Under the pieces are notes generated by a model, which was not told the DNA's origin, searched no databases, and saw only the letters and a program-made list of their open reading frames with translations. A stretch of 64,000 nucleotides of DNA from positions 544,001-608,000 of the forward strand of contig CAWEQH010000008.1 in the NCBI GenBank assembly GCA_963811165.1, given 5' to 3'. The stretch comes from an uncultured Nitrospiraceae bacterium. Lineage in GTDB: Bacteria > Nitrospirota > Thermodesulfovibrionia > Thermodesulfovibrionales > UBA6898. Position 1 is the first letter of the stretch, and every line of letters starts with the position of its first letter. The position numbers were made by a program, and so were the translations under genes. Positions 43,701-53,994 of this stretch are shown in pieces.

Positions 43701-44642
43701 ATGAAGAAATACAGGCCCCTTTCTCTTAAGTCCGTCAAGACATACTCCCTATGTGCGAGGGCGAGTAAGGTATCGGTAAAATCCTTTTCCAGGCCGCCTG
43801 TAAAGGGCGACAGCCTGGAGGCCTTTCTCAAAAAGTTGCCGGATGCGTATGCCGTCAGGGACTTCAGGTCTGTGGTGAAAGCGATCGTCTCGGCAAGGCG
43901 GAAGAAGAGGCCTGTGATACTGGGCATGGGGGCCCATCCGATAAAACTCGGGCTTACGCCGGTCATTATAGAGCTGATGAAAAAAAACGTGCTCTCGGCG
44001 ATAGCCACAAACGGCGCTGCAACAGTGCACGACTTTGAGATAGCCCTTGTGGGGCACACTTCCGAAGATGTTGCGGCGGAGCTCTGTAACGGTTCTTTCG
44101 GCATGGCGGAGGAGACCGCAAGGGGGGTCAATCTCGCAATAAAAAAGGGAGCGGCGAAAGGGTACGGAATCGGGAAGTCCGTCGGGGAATGTATATACGG
44201 GGGAAGGTTCGCCCATAAGTCAAAGAGCATATTTTCAAATGCATACGAGCTGGATATACCGGCTACTGTTCACGTCGCAATAGGGACCGATATTATTCAT
44301 ATGCATCCCGGGGCTGACGGTGCGGCGATCGGTAAAGGAAGTATGATCGATTTCAGATTGCTCGCTTCGGTCGTTTCAGACCTTGAAGGAGGGGTATACA
44401 TCAATCTCGGTTCCGCCGTCATTCTTCCGGAGGTATTTCTCAAGGCGCTCAACGTGGCCCGAAACCTGGGGAACAAGGTCGAAGACATAACCACCGTCAA
44501 TATGGACTTTATGCAGCACTACAGGCCGACGGTCAACGTGCTGAAGAGGCCGACATCGATGAAGGGCCACAGCTTTGCACTCACCGGCCACCATGAAATC
44601 ATGTTCCCGCTTTTGGCCGCTGCAGTCATCGGGGAGTTGTGA
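43701..44642 (+). CDS. Deoxyhypusine-synthase-like protein (GSU2086-type)
   Basis: GMGAHPIK.GL, HDFEIAL.G.TSEDV, HVAIGTDIIHMH, GHHEIM. Confidence 0.75.
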   Translation: MKKYRPLSLKSVKTYSLCARASKVSVKSFSRPPVKGDSLEAFLKKLPDAYAVRDFRSVVKAIVSARRKKRPVILGMGAHPIKLGLTPVIIELMKKNVLSAIATNGAATVHDFEIALVGHTSEDVAAELCNGSFGMAEETARGVNLAIKKGAAKGYGIGKSVGECIYGGRFAHKSKSIFSNAYELDIPATVHVAIGTDIIHMHPGADGAAIGKGSMIDFRLLASVVSDLEGGVYINLGSAVILPEVFLKALNVARNLGNKVEDITTVNMDFMQHYRPTVNVLKRPTSMKGHSFALTGHHEIMFPLLAAAVIGEL

Positions 44643-44836
44643 TGAAGGTTATTGTCGACCAGGATGCCTGCATAGGATGCGGCAGATGCGAGGAGATCTG
44701 TCCGGCGGTCTTTCATCTGGACGAGGTGATAGGGAAGTCCGAGGTGATAGATGCCGATGCCTGTGAGTTCGTGGGCTGCTGCGAGGCGGCGGAGGAGAAC
44801 TGCCCGGTGGATGCGATTACGGTGGAAGAAGAATAA
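44642..44836 (+). CDS. Single-cluster ferredoxin
   Basis: CIGCGRCEEICP...CPVDAI. Confidence 0.9.
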   Translation: MKVIVDQDACIGCGRCEEICPAVFHLDEVIGKSEVIDADACEFVGCCEAAEENCPVDAITVEEE

Positions 44837-44898
44837 GCATAACAACTTCCCGCCCCTCCCAAGAGGGGACCTTTGTTTTATATGATTAAGAGATGGGA

Positions 44899-44924
44899 TG
44901 GGTTCGATTCCCACACGCTCCCGC
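44899..44924 (+). other. tRNA 3'-end fragment (tRNA-Sec-like), probable att site
   Basis: TGGGTTCGATTCCCAC T-arm, then ACGCTCCC-G; no 5' half; degenerate copy at 46025-46043. Confidence 0.6.
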
Positions 44925-45248
44925 TATCAGTTTATTAAAATATCAGTGGCTTTCATGCTTTCTGATACCGTTGCAAGCCGTCAACAGACCGTCAACAGCC
45001 CCCTTATCGAAAAATATGTTACTTTTTCCAAGAGAATCTTTTCTGAACAGGAGATAGTATGAGCGACTTTAAAAACTCGGCATGGGCAGATGACAGGTTT
45101 GCACGCTTCTGCCAGCGACGACTATTTACATTGCGGTCCCCCTATGCTAATTTAAATCCATGATTAAAGTTGATAAAAAAGAAATCCAGTCAACGCTCAA
45201 CTTGATCGTCGATCTGCTTGTGACGAGTTTCGACGTGGAGGAGGGCGA

Positions 45249-45645
45249 ATGAAAAAAGAGACCAAAAACTGGATGGCCTTATCTGAATATGACATGAATA
45301 CTGCTGAGCATATGTTTGGCACGGGCAGGTTTCTCTACGTCGCTTTTTATGTGCCATCTTTGCATCGAAAAATTAATTAAGGCGATCGCCTACGAAGAGA
45401 CGGGGAAGCTTCCGCCGAAATCTCACGACCTGATTTATCTGTCGAATTTTGCGGGCATCAATTTTTCGGAAGGTCTACTTGATTTCATAGGAAAGATAAA
45501 CAGCGCAAGTATTGTAACAAGGTACCCTGAAGACCTGGCAAAAGCAATCGCTGCATATCCAGGGGATGTCGTTTCGGAGTATCTTGATAAAACAAAGGAG
45601 GTCCTCGCGTGGTTAAAACAGGACAAGAGATTGAAGGAATCGTAA
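45249..45645 (+). pseudogene. HEPN-domain protein with a one-base frameshift
   Basis: MKKETKNWMALSEYDMNTAEHMF...YVAF, extra T in the run at 45344-45348, then MCHLCIEK..KA...PPKSHDL..L...TRYP. Confidence 0.85.
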
Positions 45646-45935
45646 AGCAATATATATCGAGTCTAAATGGAATGAATATCAGAGTTGAACATCTGATATT
45701 GTACGGCTCTTATGCAAAAGGGTATGCAAGGGAAGAAAGCGACATTGACCTTTTGGTCGTATCGGGTGACTTTGAAGGAATGAATTTAAGAGAAAGGCTT
45801 GAAGTGCTCGGCGTTGCGGCCGCGCGAATCAGGCAACCTATTCAAGCAAAAGGGTATACCCCTCTGGAGATGGAATCTGAAGAAAAAGATTCGTTTCTCC
45901 TTGAAGTCCTTGCAGACTCAAAGATGGCGGCTTGA
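45609..45935 (+). CDS. Minimal nucleotidyltransferase (MNT antitoxin-like)
   Basis: LILYGSYAKG.AREESDIDLLVVS (GS-X10-DXD). Confidence 0.9.
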   Translation: MVKTGQEIEGIVKQYISSLNGMNIRVEHLILYGSYAKGYAREESDIDLLVVSGDFEGMNLRERLEVLGVAAARIRQPIQAKGYTPLEMESEEKDSFLLEVLADSKMAA

Positions 45936-46124
45936 TATTCAGCTGCATTAGCAAAACCGTGAACAAGGCACTTTTTGATCGAAAAATCTCTTTTAACAAC
46001 CGATAGTTATAAACACGTTAGTATGGTTCGATTCCCCCCACACTTAAGGGCTTAGGAATTAGCGACTATTCCCTTGAGAAAAAACCTCGAAAAAAATAAG
46101 GCCCTCTGAACGTGGTGCCTTGTC

Positions 46125-46152
46125 AAAAATAAGGCCCTCTGGCGAGGGCCTT
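46125..46152 (-). terminator. Intrinsic terminator downstream of dsrE
   Basis: Minus strand: AAGGCCCTC-gcca-GAGGGCCTT-ATTTTT. Confidence 0.75.
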
Positions 46153-46247
46153 TGTCCTGAGGGCTGGGGATCGGGGATAACCCTCAGGACACCTATGCGA
46201 GCTGGAGGGTAGAATGCCCGCATAGGCAGATTACAAAATACACTAAA

Positions 46248-46733
46248 TCATATGAACAAGCTTATGTTTGCATCGAGTGCAAAGTCCAGGAACTCCGCCG
46301 CCCCTGCGACGACCGCTCCGTCGACGAGGTCCTCTTTCTTGACTCCGGTCATCTCGAGCGTCGGGGTGCAGACGATAAGCTTCACATCCATCTCCTTACA
46401 GGCATCGACGAGTTCGGGTATAGAGGGCCAGTTGATCTTTTTGATCATCCCGCCCATCATCATCGTTGCCAGCGAGGTCATCCCCGGGAGCATCCCCAGT
46501 ATGTTGGGAAATGGTATCGGGGAAGGCATGGCCGGATTGCCTATGGGCGATACCTGTAACGACCTGTATTTTTTTTTGTTTACGATATCGACGCCGTAGA
46601 GCGTGAAGAATATCTGGACCTCCACGTCCATGGCAGCCGCCGTCGAAGCAAGAATAAGCGGCGGATAGGCCATATCAAGCGTTCCTTTGCTGGCGATGAT
46701 CGCCATCTTCTTTTTCGTGTTTGTTTCGGGCAT
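46248..46733 (-). CDS. DsrE/DsrF/DrsH-like (DsrE2) protein
   Basis: IIASKGTLDMAYPPLILASTAAA, FFT.YG, VC...LEM, GAAEFL. Confidence 0.88.
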   Translation of the reverse strand: MPETNTKKKMAIIASKGTLDMAYPPLILASTAAAMDVEVQIFFTLYGVDIVNKKKYRSLQVSPIGNPAMPSPIPFPNILGMLPGMTSLATMMMGGMIKKINWPSIPELVDACKEMDVKLIVCTPTLEMTGVKKEDLVDGAVVAGAAEFLDFALDANISLFI

Positions 46734-46986
46734 TACAGACTCCTTTAATCGCGGTTAATAAATTATATCACCTTCATGCTGCGGAAAGTGTTTCCATAAA
46801 AAATATTTTCCCCATCCGATAATTCTGCCAAACAACAAGCTTCGCTACCGGTCTTTTATTATATTGTCACAGAGTTGTCTTGTCAATAAACAACGAAACA
46901 ACCGGGGTGGTGTTTTTTTTGATATACTTTTAAGCATAAAGAAAGTATCTCAGGCAGTGATAAGGATTTAGACCCCGGACTTCGAT

Positions 46987-48723
46987 ATGAAAAATCTCGA
47001 CATCTCTAATATTTTCAATAAAATGGCGGACCTCCTGGAGATCAAGGGCGAGAATCCGTTCAGGATAAGGGCATACAGAAAGGCAGCTTTCAACATAGAG
47101 TCCCTCGGTAAAGACGTGGCCCTTTTGTCTAAGGCAGAGCTGACGGATATTCCGGGTATCGGGGGCGACCTCGCGGGGAAAATTGAAGAGTATATCAGTA
47201 CCGGACAGGTCCAGTCTTACGAACATCTCAAGGAAGAGGTGCCGGAAAGTCTCGTTACGCTTCTGAGTGTGCCGGGACTGGGACCCAAGACGGTAAGTCT
47301 TCTTTATAGCCGCTATCACGTAAAAGACATCGACGAGCTCGAAAGACTTGCCAGGGGGCACGAGTTGATAAAAGTCCCGGGCATAAGGGAAAAGACGGAG
47401 GCCAATATCCTCAAGGGGATTGAAATGCTCAGGAGGGCCTCCTCAAGGTATCCGATAGGGAAGGTCCTGCCGATTGTCAACGAGATAATGGGCTATCTTT
47501 CCGGGCATGCCCCGGTCGGCAGACTCAGCGTGGCAGGCAGCATCAGGAGGTGGAAAGAAACGATCGGGGACATCGACATCCTTTCCACCTCGAAAGATCC
47601 GGGTGCGGTGATGAACGTCTTTGCCCGCATGCCTCTAATAAAAGAAGTCCTCATGAAGGGCCCCACCAAATCGAGCGTGGTAATAAAGGAAGGCCTGCAG
47701 GTCGACATCAGGGTGGTCGATGAAGAAAGCTACGGCGCTGCGCTGGCCTACTTCACCGGGAGTAAGGCACACAACATCAGGCTGAGGGAGATAGCGGTGA
47801 AGGCCGGGCTGAAGCTGAATGAATACGGCGTATTCAGGGAAAAAGACAATAGAAAAATAGGCGGCAAGACGGAAGAGGAGATATATGAAATCCTCAAACT
47901 GCAGTTTGTTCCCCCTGAGCTGCGCGAAGACACCGGTGAGGTGGAGGCTGCTATGGACCGCTCCCTTCCGCATCTGGTAGAACTCGGGGACATAAAGGGG
48001 GACCTTCATGTCCACAGCAACTGGTCCGACGGCAATATGGATCTTGAAGACCTTGCGGAGTTCACCCTCAAAAGAGGATATCGATACCTCGCCGTGACGG
48101 ACCATTCCAAAGGCCTCGGCGTTGCAAGGGGACTTCATGAAGACAGGGTCATCGAACAAAAAAAGAGGATAGATGCCCTGAACAAAAAGCTGCGGGGGGT
48201 AAGATTGCTCGCCGGGATCGAGATCAACATCAAAAACGACGGAGGGCTCGATTTCGACGAGGAGATACTGAAGGGGTTTGATATCGTGGTGGCATCGATT
48301 CACTCGGGGTTCAAGCAATCAAAAGAGCAGATAACAAAAAGGATCCTTGCCGCAATAGAGAACCCCTTTGTGTCCGTCATCGCACATCCCAGCGGCAGGC
48401 TCATCGGGGAGAGAGACGCCTACGAGGTGGACATGGAGGCGGTGCTTGATGCGGCCGCAAAGACCGCTACCGCAATAGAGATCAACTCATATCCGCTTCG
48501 TCTGGATCTGACCGAGCCCTATATCCGGCCCGCGAAATCCAAAGGGGTGACGTTGGCCATCAGCACCGACTCCCATAACAGCGGGCAGTTCGATAACATG
48601 ATCTTCGGCGTCTCCCTGGCAAGGAGAGGATGGCTGGAAAAAAAGGACATCCTCAACACCCGCGACCTGCATAAGCTTCTCTCCATCATAAGGAAGAAGC
48701 GCGCATCGGGTAAGGTCCGATAA
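46987..48723 (+). CDS. polX: DNA polymerase X / PHP exonuclease
   Basis: ENPFRIRAY, GSIRR.KETIGDIDI, YFTGSK.HN, GDLHVHS.WSDG, TDSH. Confidence 0.96.
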   Translation: MKNLDISNIFNKMADLLEIKGENPFRIRAYRKAAFNIESLGKDVALLSKAELTDIPGIGGDLAGKIEEYISTGQVQSYEHLKEEVPESLVTLLSVPGLGPKTVSLLYSRYHVKDIDELERLARGHELIKVPGIREKTEANILKGIEMLRRASSRYPIGKVLPIVNEIMGYLSGHAPVGRLSVAGSIRRWKETIGDIDILSTSKDPGAVMNVFARMPLIKEVLMKGPTKSSVVIKEGLQVDIRVVDEESYGAALAYFTGSKAHNIRLREIAVKAGLKLNEYGVFREKDNRKIGGKTEEEIYEILKLQFVPPELREDTGEVEAAMDRSLPHLVELGDIKGDLHVHSNWSDGNMDLEDLAEFTLKRGYRYLAVTDHSKGLGVARGLHEDRVIEQKKRIDALNKKLRGVRLLAGIEINIKNDGGLDFDEEILKGFDIVVASIHSGFKQSKEQITKRILAAIENPFVSVIAHPSGRLIGERDAYEVDMEAVLDAAAKTATAIEINSYPLRLDLTEPYIRPAKSKGVTLAISTDSHNSGQFDNMIFGVSLARRGWLEKKDILNTRDLHKLLSIIRKKRASGKVR

Positions 48724-48960
48724 TATCGGTGCGGCATTATTTTGTGCCGCACAATTATCTGCGCATATCCGCACTCATACTTGAAATTTTGAGAAGTGAT
48801 GAGATATCATGCAACAGCAGCAGCGGGAGGACGATGGGATATCGATTAGTATTACCTGGTTTGCTTTTATGTGAAGGTACTGACTCCCTTTTTTTCCACC
48901 TGATCCCGCTTTTGCCGGCCCGACAGCCTGTTACCGGAAATACCATCTTCTCATAGCTCC

Positions 48961-51597
48961 ATGAAGACTAACGGCCTGACGATTAAAATCCTTTTTCCGG
49001 TGATCGCGTTTATGGTGATACTTGCCGCGTTCGCAGCACTGAGGACGCAATGGATCATCAGGAACATCATAACCGATTACCACGACAATATCGTTTCCGA
49101 AGAGCGGCAGGAGTTAGAGACGATACTCAATGGCGGGTCCTCCGAGGAGGCCTTCCTCCGTCAGGTCAAGGACCATTATTCAAAAGAGTCTTTTACCTAC
49201 CGGGTGACGAAGGGAGAAAAGGTCGTGGCCGAGTTCCGCGCATTCCCGTCAAACTCCGTCGTCAACCCAGACGGCACGCTGAAGGCGAGGATCGGGGATG
49301 TCTTTTTTTACGGGTTCAGGTTCGACGTGAAGCAATACGGGCTGATGATCGACATCCTGAAAGCATTCCCGCGCATGGCCAAGTTCAGAAGACAGCTGGA
49401 TTCCACCGTCACGATCTTTTCCATCTCCATCCTGCTTATGATCGTGTACCTGACGGTCGTCCTCAGGAAGAAACTGATAAGACCCATCGGCAGTATCATG
49501 GCAAAAGTGAGCACCGGCGAACCCGCTTTATCCGTAAACATACGCGAGCTCGATGAACTCGGCGACGTGATAAACAATGCCTTTGCCGCTACCGAAATGA
49601 AGAACGTGCATGCAAATACGCTCCATAAGATAGCGGTCGCGCTGAATGAAAACAACACGCTCGATCAGGTCATGGACACCATAGTCGGCCAATCGCGGAT
49701 GCTGATCGACGCGGAATATTCGGCCATTTCCCTATACGACGCGAATGGAAATTTCGAAAAAATCAAGGTCTATGGCCTTTCGCAGGAGGAAGTGATCGGC
49801 CGGGTAAAGAAAATGCCGCGGGGCGAGGGGATACTTGAGCTGATGAAGTTGTCGGTGGCGCCGGTCAAGATCTCGGATGTCAAAACACATCCCGCTTTTT
49901 CCGGGGCCTTCCCCGAGGGACACCCGGAGATAAAGAATTTCCTCGGTTATCCCATCTTCTCGAAAGAAGGCAAACCCCTCGCCGCGCTCTATTTTGCCAA
50001 CAAGAGGGCGGGGGACTTTACGGGCGACGACGAAAACGTGCTGATCGCTATCGCCTCGGACGCTGCCGTGGCAATACAGAGGGTGAGCGACACGGAAGAG
50101 CTTAAACGGTTCAAGAAGATCATAGAGTCCTCCTTCGATGTCATCATTATTACGGACAAAAACGGAAATATCTCTTATGTCAATCCGGCCTTCACTGAGG
50201 TGACGGGCTATACTGCTGCGGAGGTCCGCGGGAGAAACCCCAATATACTCAAGAGCGGGCTGCATGACGACACCTTCGACGACACCATATGGGAAAACAT
50301 ACTCGCGGGAAAGCCGTGGAAGGGTGAATTCGTCAACAGGAAGAAAAAAGGAGAGATATATAACACCTCTGCCGTCATCTTTCCCGTCCTCTCGGATTCC
50401 GGTGAGGTAAGCAATTACGTCTCTATTCAGAGGGACGTGACCGAGGAAAAGAAGCTCTATGAGCAGCTTCTGAGGGCGCAGAAGATGGAGGCCATAGGCA
50501 CCCTTGCCGGAGGTATTGCGCATGACTTCAATAACCTTCTCTCTGCGGTGATCGGCTATGCTGAGATGATGAAAGATGACATGAGTGAGACGGACCCTCA
50601 CTATAAGCATGTGTCCATTATCGAGGGCTCCGCTAAGAGAGGGGCCGATCTTGCGATGCGGATACTGAATGTGACGAAAAAGGAGAAGCTCGAATACAAG
50701 GCCGTCGACCTCAATACCATTGTCGAAACCACCCTCGAACTTCTTGCAAGGTCCATCCCCAAGAACATATCGATCGATATGAAACTCGATCCTTCATTGC
50801 CGAGAATAAAGGCCGAAAGCACCCAGCTTCAACAGGTGATCATGAACCTGGCGGTCAACGCCAGAGACGCCATGCCGGACGGGGGAAGGTTTTTGATCGA
50901 GACATTCAGGGTCGGGAGTGAAAATGGGGCCGCAAACGGGCTTTCTTCTGAGGAGGGTTTTGTGAAGTTAAGCATTTCGGACACCGGAAGCGGGATGGAG
51001 GACGACATCGCGCAGAAGGTCTTCGACCCCTTCTTCACTACAAAGTCCCGCGGGACCGGAACGGGACTCGGTCTGTACATCGTGCATTCCATTGTCACCA
51101 ACCACGGCGGGTATATCAACCTTTATAGCGAGCCCGGCCGGGGATCGAGGTTCAATGTCTATTTTCCCGCGTCTCAGGAGGGACCTGCTGAAGAAGAGCC
51201 GGTTAAAGAGAAAGAGATGAAGGGTACAGGGACGGTACTCGTCATCGAAGACGAACCTGACGTGAGGGAACTTACCAAGGATGTTTTGCAGAGGCTCGGG
51301 TATTCTGCTATGGTGGCGTCGGGCGGGAGAGAGGGGATCAGGATCTACAGGGAAGGAAAGGGTGGGATAGATGTTGTTGTCCTGGACATGATAATGCCGC
51401 TGATGAACGGCACAGAGGTCTTCCAGATGCTTAAGACCATCGACCGCGAGGTCCGGGTAGTGCTCGTCTCGGGGTATAGCAGCGAGGGCTTTTCCGGGAT
51501 CGACAGGCTAATAAAAAGCGGCGCAAAGTGTTTTGTCCAGAAACCCTTCAGCCAAAAGACGCTCGCTAAAGCTATCAAAGAGGCGATGGGAAAATAA
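48961..51597 (+). CDS. Hybrid histidine kinase (TM, GAF, PAS, HisKA-HATPase, REC)
   Basis: FP.GHP....FLGYP GAF; YVNPAF..VTGY PAS; AHDFNN; IEDE...LDMIMP. Confidence 0.93.
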   Translation: MKTNGLTIKILFPVIAFMVILAAFAALRTQWIIRNIITDYHDNIVSEERQELETILNGGSSEEAFLRQVKDHYSKESFTYRVTKGEKVVAEFRAFPSNSVVNPDGTLKARIGDVFFYGFRFDVKQYGLMIDILKAFPRMAKFRRQLDSTVTIFSISILLMIVYLTVVLRKKLIRPIGSIMAKVSTGEPALSVNIRELDELGDVINNAFAATEMKNVHANTLHKIAVALNENNTLDQVMDTIVGQSRMLIDAEYSAISLYDANGNFEKIKVYGLSQEEVIGRVKKMPRGEGILELMKLSVAPVKISDVKTHPAFSGAFPEGHPEIKNFLGYPIFSKEGKPLAALYFANKRAGDFTGDDENVLIAIASDAAVAIQRVSDTEELKRFKKIIESSFDVIIITDKNGNISYVNPAFTEVTGYTAAEVRGRNPNILKSGLHDDTFDDTIWENILAGKPWKGEFVNRKKKGEIYNTSAVIFPVLSDSGEVSNYVSIQRDVTEEKKLYEQLLRAQKMEAIGTLAGGIAHDFNNLLSAVIGYAEMMKDDMSETDPHYKHVSIIEGSAKRGADLAMRILNVTKKEKLEYKAVDLNTIVETTLELLARSIPKNISIDMKLDPSLPRIKAESTQLQQVIMNLAVNARDAMPDGGRFLIETFRVGSENGAANGLSSEEGFVKLSISDTGSGMEDDIAQKVFDPFFTTKSRGTGTGLGLYIVHSIVTNHGGYINLYSEPGRGSRFNVYFPASQEGPAEEEPVKEKEMKGTGTVLVIEDEPDVRELTKDVLQRLGYSAMVASGGREGIRIYREGKGGIDVVVLDMIMPLMNGTEVFQMLKTIDREVRVVLVSGYSSEGFSGIDRLIKSGAKCFVQKPFSQKTLAKAIKEAMGK

Positions 51598-51665
51598 CCT
51601 TTTTGGGCAGTTTCTCTTCGCCCCGGCGCCGATCAAACCGCAGAGAAAAGGGTAGAACCCGGAAG

Positions 51666-52833
51666 CTAACTCGTCCTGAGCGCATCGACGATATTCATGC
51701 GAGATGCCCTGAGTGCCGGGAGCACGCCGCCTATGAACCCCATGATCATAGAGAAGACCAGAGCGCTTATCGTGATCTCCGGGGTCAGGGTGAACGAAAA
51801 GGCGAGTTCAGAAAAGGTCTGCCAGTTGACTGTCGAGATCGTGATGAACTGCATGCAGGAGGCAAAGAGCAGACCCATGAGCCCCCCGCTTAAGCCCAGC
51901 AGCATCGATTCGACCAAAAACGATATGAGGATGTTCCTCCTGCGGAAACCAAGCGCCCGCAGCGTACCGATCTCCGCGGTGCGGTTTGCAACCGCCGCGT
52001 ACATGGTTATCATCGCCCCTATCATCGCGCCGAGGGAGAAGATGACCGTAAGCGATATCCCCAGGATACGGAGGAACTTCGCCATCATCTCAGACTGGTC
52101 AGCGTAATATTTCGTCTCACGTTTTGCCTCAAGGGTAAGGCGGGGATCGTGTTCGATCCGCTCCTTTACCTTAGGGAACTCAGAAGGGTCCCGGAGCTTA
52201 AAGAGCACGGAAGAATATGCGGGCCTCCGGAACGCCTGCATGAGCTGGTCCACGTCGCCCCAGATCTCGGAGCTGTATCCTGTCTTGCCCGCATCGAATA
52301 TGCCGACCACGGTCCAGTCCTGCATCGCAAAACGGATCTTTTCATTGATGCCCGCTCCCCTGAACCTCTTTGCAACGCTCTCGCCGGCTATTACCTCTGC
52401 CGATCCGGGCTTCGGCATCCGTCCGTCTATGAGCTTCACCTGGGGCCGCAAGGCAAGTGAAAATTCCCCTATCCCTCTGATCGTAATATTCGAAGGCTTG
52501 TCACTTCCGCGCTTGGGAAGGTTGATTATCACCACCAGTTCTTTTGCAAGAAAGGGTTTGCCGTTCCCGCCCGATCGCTATCCCCGGGTCCGTCTCCACA
52601 ATGGACGCGTGTGCGCGTGGTATGCCGCTTTGCATCTCTGATTGGGACCCCTTTCGGATGACGACCACATTGTCAAACGATCCCGTCTCGATGAGGGTCT
52701 TTCTGAGTCCCTCGGCAAGCATCAGGACCGATGCGAAGACGAAGACGACAAGCGCCATGCCCGCGGCGGTGAGGATTGTGGTGAGCCTCCTTGTCCAGAG
52801 GTTTCTGAAGCTGTAGGAAACAGGGATGGCCAT
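51666..52833 (-). pseudogene. MacB/FtsX-family ABC permease 2, one frameshift near 52570
   Basis: ORF 52501-52833 joins ORF 51666-52535 via GNGKPFLAKELVVI; EIGTLRALGF. Confidence 0.85.
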
Positions 52834-53994
52834 CTAGCCTATCCTCCTGAGGCCGTCGGCGATCCGCAGCCGGATCGCGCGCCAGGTCGGGAAGGCCGCC
52901 GCGACGACCGCGACAATGAGGCCGGCAGCCATATCCAGATAAATGGTGTGTCCTCGATACGTTAAAGATCGGGGAAGTACTGGCTCAGCGAATCCCCAAA
53001 CGCCTTTGCCGCAGGGAAGGTGAGACCTATCCCTAAGGCCGAGCCGACCCCGGTGATCACCAGCGACTCCCCGAAGATAAGCCCGGCGATATGCCAGCCG
53101 CCGAACCCGAGTGTTTTCATGATCGCATATTCTCCTGTGCGTTCCCTAACAGTCATCGCCATGGTATTGGCCATTACGGCCATGATAATGATGATTACGA
53201 TGAGCGAGACCAGTTGTATCACAATGACGATCGCCTCCGTCATGGAGATGAAGCTCAGCTGAAACGCCTTCTCGGTCTCGGTAATGGTTTCGGCCAGAGA
53301 ATTTTTAAAGAGCTTGTCGATCTCCACCGCAACATCGGCCGCCAGATCAGGGCTTTTCACCCCTACGAGAAACCACCCTACCTTGTCTGCACGGTACGGC
53401 GCCGTTTTTTTCAGGGACTTCATTGAGATAGTTCCAATGGAAGAAGAACTGGGTCTCGTCAGTGCTCTTCTGCGCCCCGCGGTAAATCGCCCGGATCACA
53501 AACTCCCAGTTGCCGGGAAAGATCGTCCCCTTGAGCGTCACGAGGTCCCCTATCTTCCAGCCGAACCTCTGTGCGGTCTTTCTGCCGACGACCGCGCCTT
53601 TCCGATCGTGCATAAAGGCGTTTTTCTGGTCCTCAGGGACCAGGAATTCGGGGAAGAGTTCCATGGCCGTCTTTGCATCCGTCGCGAAGTTCGGGAAGAA
53701 ATTTTTCTCCTCTATGTATATCCCCCCGAACCAGTCGGAGTAGCCGACCTCTGTGACCCCCGGCACCTGCCGGATTTTTTCCTTATATGAGATGGGAAGG
53801 AAGAAGACGAGGGAGACCGCGTTTCTGGTAACAAGGCGCGTGGCGGAAGAGGCCTCGACCCCGGCGTACCATGCGCCGACGATCGTGCGAAGCATCCCGA
53901 AGGCGAGGATGGCGATCGTGATTCCGAGCACCGTGAGAAACGTGCGGAGCTTGTGGCGGAAGGCGTTTTTAAATAGCAGCTTAAACAAGCCCAT
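52834..53994 (-). pseudogene. MacB/FtsX-family ABC permease 1, about 3 frameshifts (near 53420, 52972, 52950)
   Basis: NAFRHKLRT, VRERTGEYAIMKTLGF; reconstructed end IADGLRRIG* abuts the next ATG. Confidence 0.85.

Noticed and set aside
44850..44926. Complete tRNA gene
   Set aside because: Only the T-arm and 3' acceptor strand are present
45059..45120. Possible 5' remnant of a gene (MSDFKNSAWADDRF...) after a GGAG SD
   Set aside because: Too short to assign without a search
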